A DNA stretch of 64,000 bases, from sequence record LC739536.1. One strand, 5' to 3'. This DNA comes from Escherichia phage phiWec187. This document shows positions 40,372 to 50,329 of the stretch, one piece after another. Both the position numbers and the translations under genes were made by a program. Below the pieces are notes generated by a model. The model did not search any database. It was not told the origin of the DNA and was given only the letters and a program-made list of their open reading frames with translations. Numbering within the stretch: the stretch's first letter is position 1; every line of letters starts with the position of its first letter.

Positions 40372-41140
40372 CATTATGTTCAAAGTGGCTCGCAAGGCCA
40401 CTCCCGCACCATTACGTGCTGCTGCATGTCACCATGCAGATCAGACTATATCTTCATGCTTAAAGCATGTCTACCATTTGGGGTGTCATAGGCTTACACC
40501 CTACGCTGCTACATTCATCACAGCTAGTCGTTAGGCATTTCGTAACAGAACTCATAATCATAATTATTTGGTGCTCCTCGCTTTAAGATTGCAGATATTC
40601 TTTTTCTGTCCAACCCTAAAGCGTCAGCACAACATCTCAGACTTTTAAAGTAAAAAACTTCACCGGTAGCCTTATGAGTAGCTTTTACACTGTGACACCT
40701 TGTGTAGAAAGCATAACAGTTATTATCGTAACCCTCTTGCGTGTTGTCTGGACAAGATCCCCACTCAAGATTGTATACACTATTGTCTTTCCTATTGTCA
40801 CCTTTATGCTTCACATAAGGTAAATTGTCTGGATTGGGTAAAAACGCTTCAGCTACAAGTCTGTGCACCCGAAAGCAAACAGTTTTCTTGTTTTTACGTA
40901 TTCTGACAAGTTGGTATCCTGTGTTTATTTCTTCCCACGAGCGAAGGATTCTTTCATCCTTATACCTGGTACAATAAACATTTCCAAGCTCGTCAATTTC
41001 ATACCCTTCAAAATCACGAATTTGTTTTCTCATATCAGTACCCCCTTCTTCTGTGTTGGGAGTTCTGTTACGTTTAGCACGGGATTGTCTCGTTGAGAGT
41101 TCCCCCGTTTAGGCAGATTTTACATGAGCAGTTATAGTTT
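40372..41140 (-). mobile_element. group I intron (IA2-like) interrupting nrdD
   Basis: 769 nt; 5' exon ends CAUGGGU, which can pair with intron GCUCAUG (P1, U.G at the splice site); intron core AAACGGGGGAACUCUCAACGAGACAAUCCCGUGCUAAA closely resembles the T4 td intron core; intron ends in G; splicing rejoins ...TSMG|CRSFL... Confidence 0.8.
40524..41033 (-). CDS. intron-encoded HNH homing endonuclease
   Basis: 169-aa ORF inside the intron; VHRLVAEAF...HKGDNRKDNSVYNLEW is an HNH signature. Confidence 0.75.
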   Translation of the reverse strand: MRKQIRDFEGYEIDELGNVYCTRYKDERILRSWEEINTGYQLVRIRKNKKTVCFRVHRLVAEAFLPNPDNLPYVKHKGDNRKDNSVYNLEWGSCPDNTQEGYDNNCYAFYTRCHSVKATHKATGEVFYFKSLRCCADALGLDRKRISAILKRGAPNNYDYEFCYEMPND

Positions 41141-41998
41141 ACCCATGCTTGTGACGCGACCATCTGAAGATCCTGTAACTTCTTTGTTTAAAGGTACAGA
41201 GATAAAATCAGGATAAATGCGTTCAGCACAACACTCCATTGCCAGTTGCTTCAAATCATAGTTTGGATCGCCAGCTTTCATGTTAACACCATCTTCCAAG
41301 AAGAAGATAACTTTAGGAAACACAGGAGTTACCCTATCTTTTCCTAATCCTTGTTTGTGCACCATTAGGTAGTTTTTAGTGATCATTCTACCAAAAGCAG
41401 AGGTATCCAAGCCTAAACTAATTGTTATAAAAGGTGACTGACCATTTACACTCATTAGGGTGTTCACCTGGTAGATTAAAGTTTGCATTGCATCATAAAC
41501 CTGTTTATCTACCATACGCATAGCAATATCATAATCGCCAACATCGGCGTATATTTTATTAAAACTTGCTTTAACGTATTGACTAAGCCCAGTATCAATA
41601 TGTGCACAAGTTTGTCCACCATATTGGCTAGAAGCTACTGCTTGAATAATTTGAGTTAGGACAGTAGTTGCTACACCGATAGATTTTGGTTTTTCAATAT
41701 GTGCATTACCAATACGGAAACCGTTCTCAAGCATATCTTGGTAATTTACCAGGCAACAATTAGTTAGAGGTGAGAGTAAATAATCTAAATCGTGAATGTG
41801 ACCATACCCACTTTTATGCCATTCTGCCAGATCTTCCGGTAAAATATGGGTCATTGCCATGTGCTTGCTTAGGATACCTGCTAGTAAGTCTCGGTGAGTA
41901 TTAACAATCATTGCAGGTTTGTTTGCATTTTCACGAGTAAATTCTTCGGATGTTTGTTCGAGGAATCCGATTACATCCTCATATAGTTTTTGGGTCAT
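41141..41998 (-). CDS. nrdD: anaerobic ribonucleoside-triphosphate reductase, exon 1
   Basis: 286 codons ending ...GRVTSMG at the 5' splice site; the listed ORF reads 2 codons into the intron before a stop. Confidence 0.8.
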
Positions 41999-42009
41999 TA
42001 ATCCTCCGT

Positions 42010-42040
42010 GGAAAATAAAAGCCAGCTTAATGCTGGCTTT
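42010..42040 (-). terminator. rho-independent terminator
   Basis: aaagccagc-ttaa-tgctggcttt hairpin followed by U-run on the minus strand. Confidence 0.55.
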
Positions 42041-42087
42041 AGGGTGGATCTTTATTTTAAATCTTTTTCGTAAGATTGTCCTTGATC

Positions 42088-43038
42088 TTAGTCAAGGTTT
42101 TTGGTAATACGTGTACAACCGTCAGAAGTCAAACCGTCAACTTGAGTTTCCCAAGTACCATGAATATTTCGGAACAATGTTGTTACACCTTTTGGTTCAT
42201 TAATAATGATTGCCATAACAAGTTTAGGATCGATAACAGACATAATCTTTTCCTCAATACCCTCTGTAATAACATTATTGCGCACAATATTAATTGCATC
42301 TTCTTGTACAGTAAGAACACTTACGTTCTTAAGAGTATATACCTGCTGTGTAGTGTAAATAATACGAACATAACTTACAGAACGAGTAGGCACAGGTTTA
42401 CGCGGTCGGCGAAAACGTGGTTTTGGTGAAGATTCAGTCTTACTTTCATTTTTTGAATAATACTCCTCAAACAGTTTAGTAAATGTTTTTACATCAACTA
42501 CAAACCGATCTTTCCTATATGGAGAATTCTTATGTGCACCATTAATACCACTGTTTTCATCGAAGAAAGTAATGTTTTCTTCAGTTGAATACATTAGATA
42601 ATGCTCTGCATTTTTCCAATGTGGTTGTGGACAACGAGGATTACAAACGGAAAGCAAATAATTAATATTTTCTTCCGTGGCCTCAGTATCCAGGAAACAC
42701 GTATTATGCACAGTCAGTTGTACTTTTTCAGCCATATCCTTTTCTTTATCCTCATTGGTAAGATATTCAATACGAAGAATTTCCAGAAAATTTTCAGGTG
42801 TTACTTCCATAAATGTATATTCAGGATGAAGTTCCATATATTCAAATCCACAACCATCTAATTGCTGTAGAAAGTTAGGGTAGAAGAACAAATCATTAAC
42901 ACTGTGAATCAGATCATTGATTTCTGCTTCAGTTGTGTAACCAAAACTTTTGTGAATTGCCTCGTTAAGAATATGCAGGATACCCATCTCTTCTGCTGCT
43001 TTTTTAACTTCCAGTTTATTAGCGTAAAATGCAATCAT
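42088..43038 (-). CDS. hypothetical protein
   Basis: 316-aa ORF. Confidence 0.4.
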   Translation of the reverse strand: MIAFYANKLEVKKAAEEMGILHILNEAIHKSFGYTTEAEINDLIHSVNDLFFYPNFLQQLDGCGFEYMELHPEYTFMEVTPENFLEILRIEYLTNEDKEKDMAEKVQLTVHNTCFLDTEATEENINYLLSVCNPRCPQPHWKNAEHYLMYSTEENITFFDENSGINGAHKNSPYRKDRFVVDVKTFTKLFEEYYSKNESKTESSPKPRFRRPRKPVPTRSVSYVRIIYTTQQVYTLKNVSVLTVQEDAINIVRNNVITEGIEEKIMSVIDPKLVMAIIINEPKGVTTLFRNIHGTWETQVDGLTSDGCTRITKNLD

Positions 43039-43055
43039 TATGTTCTCCTTCTAAA

Positions 43056-43490
43056 TTAGTTTAAAATTTCTTTTGCAATGGTAGAAGCAAGTTTTCCATC
43101 ATATTGATTCGGATACTCTGCTTTAAGGTGTTTCATCATATCTGGCATTTTCTTGCCTGTCAAGGCAAATTCTTCGGCAATAGCTCGAAGATCATCTTCA
43201 GATAGCATTTCTGGTAAATATTTCTCCAGAGTGGTGATATCACGCATAGCTCTCTCACATTTGCTAAGGGAAGCATTAACTTTCTTAAGCGAGTCTAGTT
43301 CCTCTTTAGCGTGTGCAATACCAATCTTAACAATGTTAATCATAATATCGTCTTCTGATTTGTTTAGATTTGCCTTTTGAGTACGAGCAAGGTCAAACTC
43401 ACCAATAATATTAGTTAACAAAGCAAAAGCACCCTTATCGGTTGTACGTGCTAAGATACGATCTGCTTTCATTTGTGTCACAATAGACAT
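43056..43490 (-). CDS. GatB/YqeY-domain protein
   Basis: 144 aa; C-terminal LRAIAEEFALTGKKMPDMMKHLKAEYPNQYDGKLASTIAKEIL resembles the YqeY C-terminal domain. Confidence 0.45.
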   Translation of the reverse strand: MSIVTQMKADRILARTTDKGAFALLTNIIGEFDLARTQKANLNKSEDDIMINIVKIGIAHAKEELDSLKKVNASLSKCERAMRDITTLEKYLPEMLSEDDLRAIAEEFALTGKKMPDMMKHLKAEYPNQYDGKLASTIAKEILN

Positions 43491-43502
43491 TCTATTCTCC
43501 TC

Positions 43503-44075
43503 TTATTTGCTAATGCTTTGAGTCTTGTTTATAACACGGTTTATTGCCAGTGAAGCCCTAGGCTCCGCAATACCTGTTGCATAGATATAAGGATGACCTC
43601 TTGGAGACTCCCTCATACCGAATGAACCTAATTCTAAACCATATTCATCCTCTACGTCAACCCCAATATTAGTGGGTACTAAATATGTTTTAACTCCATA
43701 ATAAGTAGAGAAGAAACAGCGCATAGCGTTAGCATACTCTTCAATTGTAGCATCAGGGTAGAACTCAATCAACTCCAATTTCAAGAAAATATTAAAATGG
43801 GTATCATCTAAATTTTCTTCTGTACGGTAACATGGCGTTAGTGCCATATACGGATTACCTGCTGCAAATTCAAAACCATCCTTCTCCATTTGCAGGAAAG
43901 ATTGTTCTGCACTAGCTACATAGTATTTACCGTTAGGATGCCCTAATGGGCGATCCTCTTTATTTTCTGGTAGTGTGTACGCTAGTATATCAGCATCCAC
44001 GAGATATGGAACTTCTAACATTTGTGCAAATCGACCATAGTAATCAATAGCTTGAGCTATTACTGCAACATTCAT
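43503..44075 (-). CDS. class II aminoacyl-tRNA-synthetase-like catalytic core fragment
   Basis: ALTPCYRTEE...HFNIFLKLELIEFY resembles class II motif 2 (fRxE...EF..lE); only 190 aa. Confidence 0.35.
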   Translation of the reverse strand: MNVAVIAQAIDYYGRFAQMLEVPYLVDADILAYTLPENKEDRPLGHPNGKYYVASAEQSFLQMEKDGFEFAAGNPYMALTPCYRTEENLDDTHFNIFLKLELIEFYPDATIEEYANAMRCFFSTYYGVKTYLVPTNIGVDVEDEYGLELGSFGMRESPRGHPYIYATGIAEPRASLAINRVINKTQSISK

Positions 44076-44323
44076 GATCGACCTCCATTGCGGAATGCAC
44101 GTTTAGTAATGTTTGACATAGTGATCAAATCTTGAAGCGTCATATCAGGAAAATGCTGTTCAAGAACACCTTCAACAGCGCCTACAATATCTGATAACTC
44201 AATAAGTTGCATCAGCTTGCAGTCTTGATCAATAGCATCTTGAAGTTCATAAAGCTCTTCTTGAATCTTAGCAACAGAACCATATTCCTCTTTGCTAATC
44301 TCCTTCAAATGATACCCTGCCAC
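44072..44323 (-). CDS. MazG-like nucleotide pyrophosphohydrolase (small)
   Basis: IQEELYELQDAI...LIELSDIVGA fits the MazG EExxEL...ELxD pattern. Confidence 0.45.
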   Translation of the reverse strand: MAGYHLKEISKEEYGSVAKIQEELYELQDAIDQDCKLMQLIELSDIVGAVEGVLEQHFPDMTLQDLITMSNITKRAFRNGGRS

Positions 44324-44333
44324 TTTAACCCCC

Positions 44334-47108
44334 TTAGTTTACCAGTTTATTTATGTCTGGTAAAAGATTTATTTCACCTAAGAAATCACCTTCACCTTCC
44401 TCTAGCCAACTCTCATATGCTTGTGCATGATTATAGTTACCATCAAAAGAATCTGCAACAAATTTTTCTACAGTTTTTCGAGATGTGTCAGCGCCAAATA
44501 CACCAAGTTTAATACCATTGATAGGTAAAGTGGTGCTTGTGGGTACTTTCTCTGTTGCAACACGGTTGATATCTATAATCTCCTGTACGGTTGTGTTCCA
44601 TTGTAAGCATTTAACACAACGGGTGTGCGCTACATACAGTAGGTTTCGCTCTGCCTCTTCTAGTCCTACCCATTCACCAGTCTTTTTATCATAATTGGAA
44701 GGAAAATCATTAGCAACAATAACCTGATCCCACTCCAAACCTTTAGATTTGTGTGCTGTAGTCAATGTGACTTTTGCTGTAGGAGAATTTCTATGCGTTC
44801 TAAGTGTATGTGCTATAGTGTTTGCCTTACCAGAAACTACAATGTTTAACAAACGTTTAGCATCTGGATCAGCCTCTGCACACTCAACAAATTCATCCCA
44901 GTCTGCATAAGGTAATACAGTTTCATGTTTTACTTTCTCAATATCTCCTCTCCGAAGAGCATTAACACTATCTACCATAGAGATAAAATCCCTGGTATCT
45001 ACGTTAATAATAATTTCTTCCCCGTCTGCAATACGATCCATTGCCTCCATAAGCAAGGTTAAATTCTTGCGAAAGATGATAGTGTAAGGTTTTGTATAGT
45101 CTACAACATCTGATTTGTAGCTACCTACTACAGTATCAAAGCCTTTACCAACCAAAGGATGACGCAAAGGTTCTTTATCGCTTAAAATCATATTGGCAAT
45201 GTTTGCCACTTTGGGGCCAAAACGGAAGCAAGCAGTTAATGGAAGTTCTGCCCCATACTTAGCTGTTTCAATCATCATATTAGAGCTACCTCTAAATTGA
45301 TAAATGCAGTTGTGGCTAAGAATTTCATTGCCAAAGAAGTTAGCAGTATCCTCTACTTCAATATCATAATAGATACCCTCACTATCTACAATGTCCACAA
45401 TCTCTTCTGCCGTTACAGTATCACCATCTTTTACCAACACAGACATGCCTTTAAACAAACCCGCTGCCGGAATTAAGTTATATTTGGCACTGTTCACAGA
45501 GGACATGCATTCTTTTAAAGATGCAAACGGAACTATTTCAAGGATCTTTTGTGCAAAACTCAATGCTTCACGATAAGAATTGAAATATTTACGTACACGG
45601 TAACGACCTTCCAATTTAGCAGCACTTACGCTTACACCTGCTTTAATCAGTGAAGAATAGATCGGCATTTCACTTTCTGTCCACTCAAAACTAACTTGTG
45701 TTCCTTTACAACCTTGTGCTCGCAAAGTCACTGTTAGCATTTTTCTTTCATCTACTGCACAATTGATGCTGTGCCAGTGTGGATAAGCAAAATGATAATC
45801 TTTATCCTCTAAAAGTTTAAAACCATTTTGTCCGAATTGTTCAAAGATGTTATTGATCTTTTCTTGATTAATGCCGCGTGAACTTGCTTCAAATACACAA
45901 GTAGGCATGCCATATTGTAAACTGTAAGCCATTTCTTTTTCCATAGCAGCTTCACGGTTTTCAACAATATCCAACACCCATAATTTCTGTGCTTTTTCAG
46001 AACGTGTACGTTGCCCCAGTTTAGAAAAACCTTCTTTATCATCGAATTTGTTAGTGATCCCTACTCGGAAACCTAAATCTTTCCTCCACATTAGGTATAC
46101 CACCATCTGATCATCTTTCAGAACATAGGATGAAGCCCAAATACGATGGTTATGTGTCATATCTAAAGTTTTACCTGTGGCAGTAATAATATTCCTACCT
46201 TTTGTACGTGTAGATAAAGTCTTATTTGTTACTTTTCTAAATGTAATTTTACCATTAGAATAAGACTCTACCTTATCACCGATTTGTAGGTCTTTCATTG
46301 TAACCTGACCATTCTCGGTATTAAGTACCGTGTTTTCCGACACACATTGGAATTCATCGCCCACTACCACAATTTGTTTTGCAGATTTAGCATTTCGCAG
46401 AATAGACAAGAATGCAGGGTTAACATCCTGGAATTCATCACCAAAAATAATGTCATAACCAAGATCAGCACCTGATAATTCAAACAATTTTACATAGGTG
46501 TCATGCGTCATCAAAGTATCTGTGTTAGGATCGATGCGCTCTCGCCACAATTGTTTTGCATACTTAACCACTTCTGTAATTAGTTTATGTTCGTTAATAC
46601 CTTTTCTTTTAATATCTGCAAGATGTACACCAGGAAAATGTTTACGGCTGATAAAAGGATCATCCGAAAATTCAAACTTACCTACGGTTTGTTTGATCAT
46701 TAAACCAATCATAGCACGAGTTAACAGTGTTTTCCCTCGTTTATCAATAAGATTATTAATCTTAAATTTCTTTGCTATCTCGCTACCTGTACCTGCAACG
46801 TTAACATACTGTCCTTCTGGTCGTGACAGTTTTGCACGTAAACGATGATCCAGGAATTGATAGCAAATAGAATGCAATGTACGGCATTCTACATTTAGTG
46901 GCATCTTACGTCGTGCTTCTTCTGCCATGCTTTTATTGAAAGCTAAGTAAAGAATGCGATCTTCTGTACTGTTAGCCAGCAAATAAAGTGTTGACGTTTT
47001 GCCTGATCCAGATTTAGCTTGGATAGTTAAAAAGCGATGGTCTGGAAAAGCCTCCTTAATAGCTGTTTGCTCTTCTGTTGGAGTGAAGCTCAACTCTTTC
47101 TTAGCCAT
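44334..47108 (-). CDS. SF1 (UvrD/Dda-like) DNA helicase interrupted by an intein
   Basis: Walker A AKSGSGKT; motif II IIFGDEFQD; motif III VVVGDEFQ|CIYQFRGSS split by a 346-aa insert; start set at ATG 47108 (MAKKEL). Confidence 0.75.
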   Translation of the reverse strand: MAKKELSFTPTEEQTAIKEAFPDHRFLTIQAKSGSGKTSTLYLLANSTEDRILYLAFNKSMAEEARRKMPLNVECRTLHSICYQFLDHRLRAKLSRPEGQYVNVAGTGSEIAKKFKINNLIDKRGKTLLTRAMIGLMIKQTVGKFEFSDDPFISRKHFPGVHLADIKRKGINEHKLITEVVKYAKQLWRERIDPNTDTLMTHDTYVKLFELSGADLGYDIIFGDEFQDVNPAFLSILRNAKSAKQIVVVGDEFQCVSENTVLNTENGQVTMKDLQIGDKVESYSNGKITFRKVTNKTLSTRTKGRNIITATGKTLDMTHNHRIWASSYVLKDDQMVVYLMWRKDLGFRVGITNKFDDKEGFSKLGQRTRSEKAQKLWVLDIVENREAAMEKEMAYSLQYGMPTCVFEASSRGINQEKINNIFEQFGQNGFKLLEDKDYHFAYPHWHSINCAVDERKMLTVTLRAQGCKGTQVSFEWTESEMPIYSSLIKAGVSVSAAKLEGRYRVRKYFNSYREALSFAQKILEIVPFASLKECMSSVNSAKYNLIPAAGLFKGMSVLVKDGDTVTAEEIVDIVDSEGIYYDIEVEDTANFFGNEILSHNCIYQFRGSSNMMIETAKYGAELPLTACFRFGPKVANIANMILSDKEPLRHPLVGKGFDTVVGSYKSDVVDYTKPYTIIFRKNLTLLMEAMDRIADGEEIIINVDTRDFISMVDSVNALRRGDIEKVKHETVLPYADWDEFVECAEADPDAKRLLNIVVSGKANTIAHTLRTHRNSPTAKVTLTTAHKSKGLEWDQVIVANDFPSNYDKKTGEWVGLEEAERNLLYVAHTRCVKCLQWNTTVQEIIDINRVATEKVPTSTTLPINGIKLGVFGADTSRKTVEKFVADSFDGNYNHAQAYESWLEEGEGDFLGEINLLPDINKLVN
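45309..46346 (-). mobile_element. intein in helicase motif III
   Basis: Starts CVSENTVL (block A), ends ...EILSHN followed by Cys; 346 aa implies an embedded endonuclease of unclear type. Confidence 0.7.
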
Positions 47109-47109
47109 T

Positions 47110-47586
47110 TCAACCTCTCTTAATTTGTTTAACAAGCATAGGAACAAAATCTCGTTTTAAAATTTGTTCAATAATATGATCAGGTAGCTGTTGGAAATTA
47201 TAATTAAAAGCTACTGTCTCACCTTTAGGTGTTTCTACCCGCACATATAACATGTTACGAAGTTTATCCACTTGTGCTGTGTATTCTAAACCATGTAATT
47301 GATGTAATGCAAACATCAAATCATCAGTTTCAGTTTGGAATCTATCCCTTCCCTGCATCAAGGACAAGGAAAAAGGTAGATTTTCCCTAAGAGCCACCTT
47401 CTTAGGCACTAGTGAAGGGAAATACTCCCCAATAACTTCCTGTGTAAGCTGAATACACTCTTTTTCAAGCTGGTTTTGTTCCTTGAGTTCACAAACACTC
47501 TTTTGTAAAGTGTTAACCTCTTTTTGCAAAGCTGCTAGTTGAGCACTTAACTTTCTTTTTTGATTACGACCAAAACGTTTAGACAT
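47110..47586 (-). CDS. hypothetical protein
   Basis: 158-aa ORF; stop 1 nt before the helicase start. Confidence 0.4.
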   Translation of the reverse strand: MSKRFGRNQKRKLSAQLAALQKEVNTLQKSVCELKEQNQLEKECIQLTQEVIGEYFPSLVPKKVALRENLPFSLSLMQGRDRFQTETDDLMFALHQLHGLEYTAQVDKLRNMLYVRVETPKGETVAFNYNFQQLPDHIIEQILKRDFVPMLVKQIKRG

Positions 47587-47594
47587 ATTTCCCC

Positions 47595-48110
47595 CTAGTA
47601 AAACCCTTTAACAATCTGTATTAACTCGGCACAACGGTTGACCAACTTTTCCTCATACAATACACGTTGTGGCATATGTTGTATAATATACTCCATTTGC
47701 TCATGCCATGTCCACTTTTCTTTTTTGTCTGGGATAACATCACTAGCACGAGAATTATCTTTTAATGTTTGTATAATCCAATTGCTTGGAAAGTGCTCTC
47801 CACCTTTCTTAAATGGTTTATAGTGGCCTAGAGTGAATTGAGAATCCCCTGTTAGAGCACCCAATTTATTTAGATGGATAATCAAACTACGAAACACATA
47901 GTATTCATAGATGTTATCCACCGTATAGCAAGCATAATATTTCAAGATGCCCTTATCTCGCGGATACTTACCAACATCCAGATTGCACCAGTTGACATTT
48001 TCTGGATCATAGTGGTGTTCCTTAAGCCATATTTCTCTTTCATCAAAGTCTGGATATATTACCGCTCTGCTTACAGAGTCAACAAGTGGAGATTGAGCAT
48101 CAAAAAACAT
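47595..48110 (-). CDS. hypothetical protein
   Basis: 171-aa ORF. Confidence 0.4.
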   Translation of the reverse strand: MFFDAQSPLVDSVSRAVIYPDFDEREIWLKEHHYDPENVNWCNLDVGKYPRDKGILKYYACYTVDNIYEYYVFRSLIIHLNKLGALTGDSQFTLGHYKPFKKGGEHFPSNWIIQTLKDNSRASDVIPDKKEKWTWHEQMEYIIQHMPQRVLYEEKLVNRCAELIQIVKGFY

Positions 48111-48131
48111 TATATTTTCCTTATTGGTTTG

Positions 48132-48572
48132 TTAAACGTTTTCTAAATCTTTTAAGGCATTACCCAACGTTAGAACAATAACATCGTTTGCTGCCTCTTC
48201 CCCATTGATATTGGTGAAATTTGGTGTGACAAAAGTAACCATATAAAACTCGTCCACCTGGAAGATAGCAATAACACCATCCATCTTAACATCTTGACGA
48301 AAGGAAAAACCAATCATCTTCTCTTGCAAAGGCATATCCCCTTCCTTCATTACCGCTAGGGAGTTTTCAGGAATGTTATATTTATCTGCTCCGATGTAGA
48401 TGTACGTAATGTTATCTTTATCGTGATGATACAGGGTTGCTTTTTCCATATCTAAACCTGACAGATCAAATACGTTAATTTCTTGTGTAGTCTTCATAAA
48501 TATCCTCCCAAATCCAATAATCATCTGTGTAAGTAGGATGCCTTTTATCCCACTCTGTTCTAGCCCAAGCAA
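48132..48572 (-). CDS. hypothetical protein
   Basis: 146-aa ORF; 5' end overlaps the upstream gene so the true start is probably internal. Confidence 0.35.
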   Translation of the reverse strand: MLGLEQSGIKGILLTQMIIGFGRIFMKTTQEINVFDLSGLDMEKATLYHHDKDNITYIYIGADKYNIPENSLAVMKEGDMPLQEKMIGFSFRQDVKMDGVIAIFQVDEFYMVTFVTPNFTNINGEEAANDVIVLTLGNALKDLENV

Positions 48573-48810
48573 CCGCTGCTACCAACACATCACCATGACA
48601 AGGTTGAGGTGAGCAGAAGCAAACTAAGTCTTTCCCTTCTAATTCTAACAAATCCTCAAGAGTGATTTTACCACAATGAATTTGTTCCCACAACCACTCT
48701 TTATATCTTTGTATAGTTGATCCTCGTGGTTCATCATCCTTTAACTTAAAAGGATTTGCAAACTTTGAGGCTTTTAACCCCATATGAGGCATAGCTCTGC
48801 CAATGTACAC
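48475..48810 (-). CDS. hypothetical protein with conserved-looking Cys/His motif
   Basis: 111 aa; KDLVCFCSPQPCHGDVL. Confidence 0.4.
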   Translation of the reverse strand: MYIGRAMPHMGLKASKFANPFKLKDDEPRGSTIQRYKEWLWEQIHCGKITLEDLLELEGKDLVCFCSPQPCHGDVLVAAVAWARTEWDKRHPTYTDDYWIWEDIYEDYTRN

Positions 48811-48863
48811 TGCACCTTCAGGTATTACTTTACCTAAGTGGTAAAAAATTTAATACTTTCATA

Positions 48864-49214
48864 TTAACCCAAACACATTTGTGCAATCAAGCCCTGTATA
48901 AATTTATTAGCTTCTTTACTGTCGTAGTCAGTCTCTTCTGGATATCCATCTTCATCGTACACAACTGTACCTTCAATATACCCTGCCTCAATTAAGGCGC
49001 GGATCATATCAAATTGCCAGCATGAGTTACCAAATGGACGTTTACCATTAAAACACTCTTCTTCTCTCCATAACGTAGAGAGTAGTTGTCGGAAATATTC
49101 CCGTACAGTGACAGTACCAAGATCTGAATCCTCAAACATAACATCCAGGGCATCAGGATTGCTTTTCTCTACATAAGGGATATATTTAACACCATTAATA
49201 GTTACATCAAGCAT
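48864..49214 (-). CDS. hypothetical protein
   Basis: 116-aa ORF. Confidence 0.4.
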   Translation of the reverse strand: MLDVTINGVKYIPYVEKSNPDALDVMFEDSDLGTVTVREYFRQLLSTLWREEECFNGKRPFGNSCWQFDMIRALIEAGYIEGTVVYDEDGYPEETDYDSKEANKFIQGLIAQMCLG

Positions 49215-49577
49215 TTATTTCTCCTTATCATCATATTCTAAGAACATATCTGCACGATATGCTTTACGCTCTTCAAACTTAGCAGGATCTACAACAATAA
49301 GCAATACAAGGTTAACATCTAAATACTTCTTAACAAATAGAAATAAATCTTTTCCACAGTTAAAACCTACACCAGTATAGGCATCCCCATATTGATCTAC
49401 TGATTTAATCTTCTTACTAACCGTACACTCTATGCTATTCTTTTCTTCTTGGTATAAGGCTTTCCCACCCCAATATGTAAAGAATTTAGTACCGTCAGCA
49501 CCAAGTTTAAAACCTTCTGTTGCATGTCCCGCAAATGAAAGTAAACATAACCAAGTGATCATCAGGTACTTTAGCAT
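49215..49577 (-). CDS. secreted hypothetical protein
   Basis: Start at internal Met; signal-peptide-like MLKYLMITWLCLLSFAGHA. Confidence 0.4.
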   Translation of the reverse strand: MLKYLMITWLCLLSFAGHATEGFKLGADGTKFFTYWGGKALYQEEKNSIECTVSKKIKSVDQYGDAYTGVGFNCGKDLFLFVKKYLDVNLVLLIVVDPAKFEERKAYRADMFLEYDDKEK

Positions 49578-49578
49578 T

Positions 49579-50061
49579 TTAACCACCCAATTGCAAATGT
49601 TTAGAAAGAACAATATCCCACTGATCACCACAACCGTTATCTATGCGGAACATAATGTACGTATCATCTTCTTCTACGACATATAATACCTCATAGGAAT
49701 TACAACAGCCTTCCCAATTTTTAACAGCCTCTGGTGTATCATGTGTAAAAATTTCATTACCATCATATAACCAAAACAAAGGGGTAAGGTTTTCGAAGGT
49801 CAGTGAAGTAGGGTTTACTTCATCTTTAACTGCTTCCTCATATTCTTTATGCGTTTGTACTGCTTTAGTTAGTGTACTCATGTCTATCTCCTTTTCTCCT
49901 TCTTGACTATGGAGGATAGCAAACTCTCTAAACTCCACTTCACGCCATGTTTTCAGGTAGTGCTTTATAATTTTATCAACATCTGCCTGTTCAACATTAC
50001 TTTTCAAGCAATAGTAATCATGGTCTTCGCCCATTCTACCCCATATGCTATACATTGTCAT
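49579..50061 (-). CDS. hypothetical protein
   Basis: 160-aa ORF. Confidence 0.4.
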   Translation of the reverse strand: MTMYSIWGRMGEDHDYYCLKSNVEQADVDKIIKHYLKTWREVEFREFAILHSQEGEKEIDMSTLTKAVQTHKEYEEAVKDEVNPTSLTFENLTPLFWLYDGNEIFTHDTPEAVKNWEGCCNSYEVLYVVEEDDTYIMFRIDNGCGDQWDIVLSKHLQLGG

Positions 50062-50329
50062 CTGATTGATCCTTTACATTGTTCGTGGTATACACAGGAA
50101 TAACATCATTGTGATCTTTATTACTTTCATCTGTTAAAGCCCAAAACAACTTACCTGCTGGATGTTTAAAGATGTAAGCAATAGGTTCCTCTTCCTGGGC
50201 TTCTTTGCTACGGATACCATCCCGCCAGGCAAGCCAAGTGTAGATCATCACTTCTTGACGTTCTTCTTCGTTAGGCCACATATGTGGTGGAAAGTTTTTA
50301 TCAAACCATTGCTTAAATTCTTCAGTCAT
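50048..50329 (-). CDS. hypothetical protein
   Basis: 93-aa ORF. Confidence 0.35.
   Translation of the reverse strand: MTEEFKQWFDKNFPPHMWPNEEERQEVMIYTWLAWRDGIRSKEAQEEEPIAYIFKHPAGKLFWALTDESNKDHNDVIPVYTTNNVKDQSDDNV

Noticed and set aside
41132-41140. Last three codons (KL-stop) of the listed nrdD exon 1 ORF
   Set aside because: They lie beyond the 5' splice site defined by P1 pairing and by the conserved NrdD junction, so they are intron sequence.
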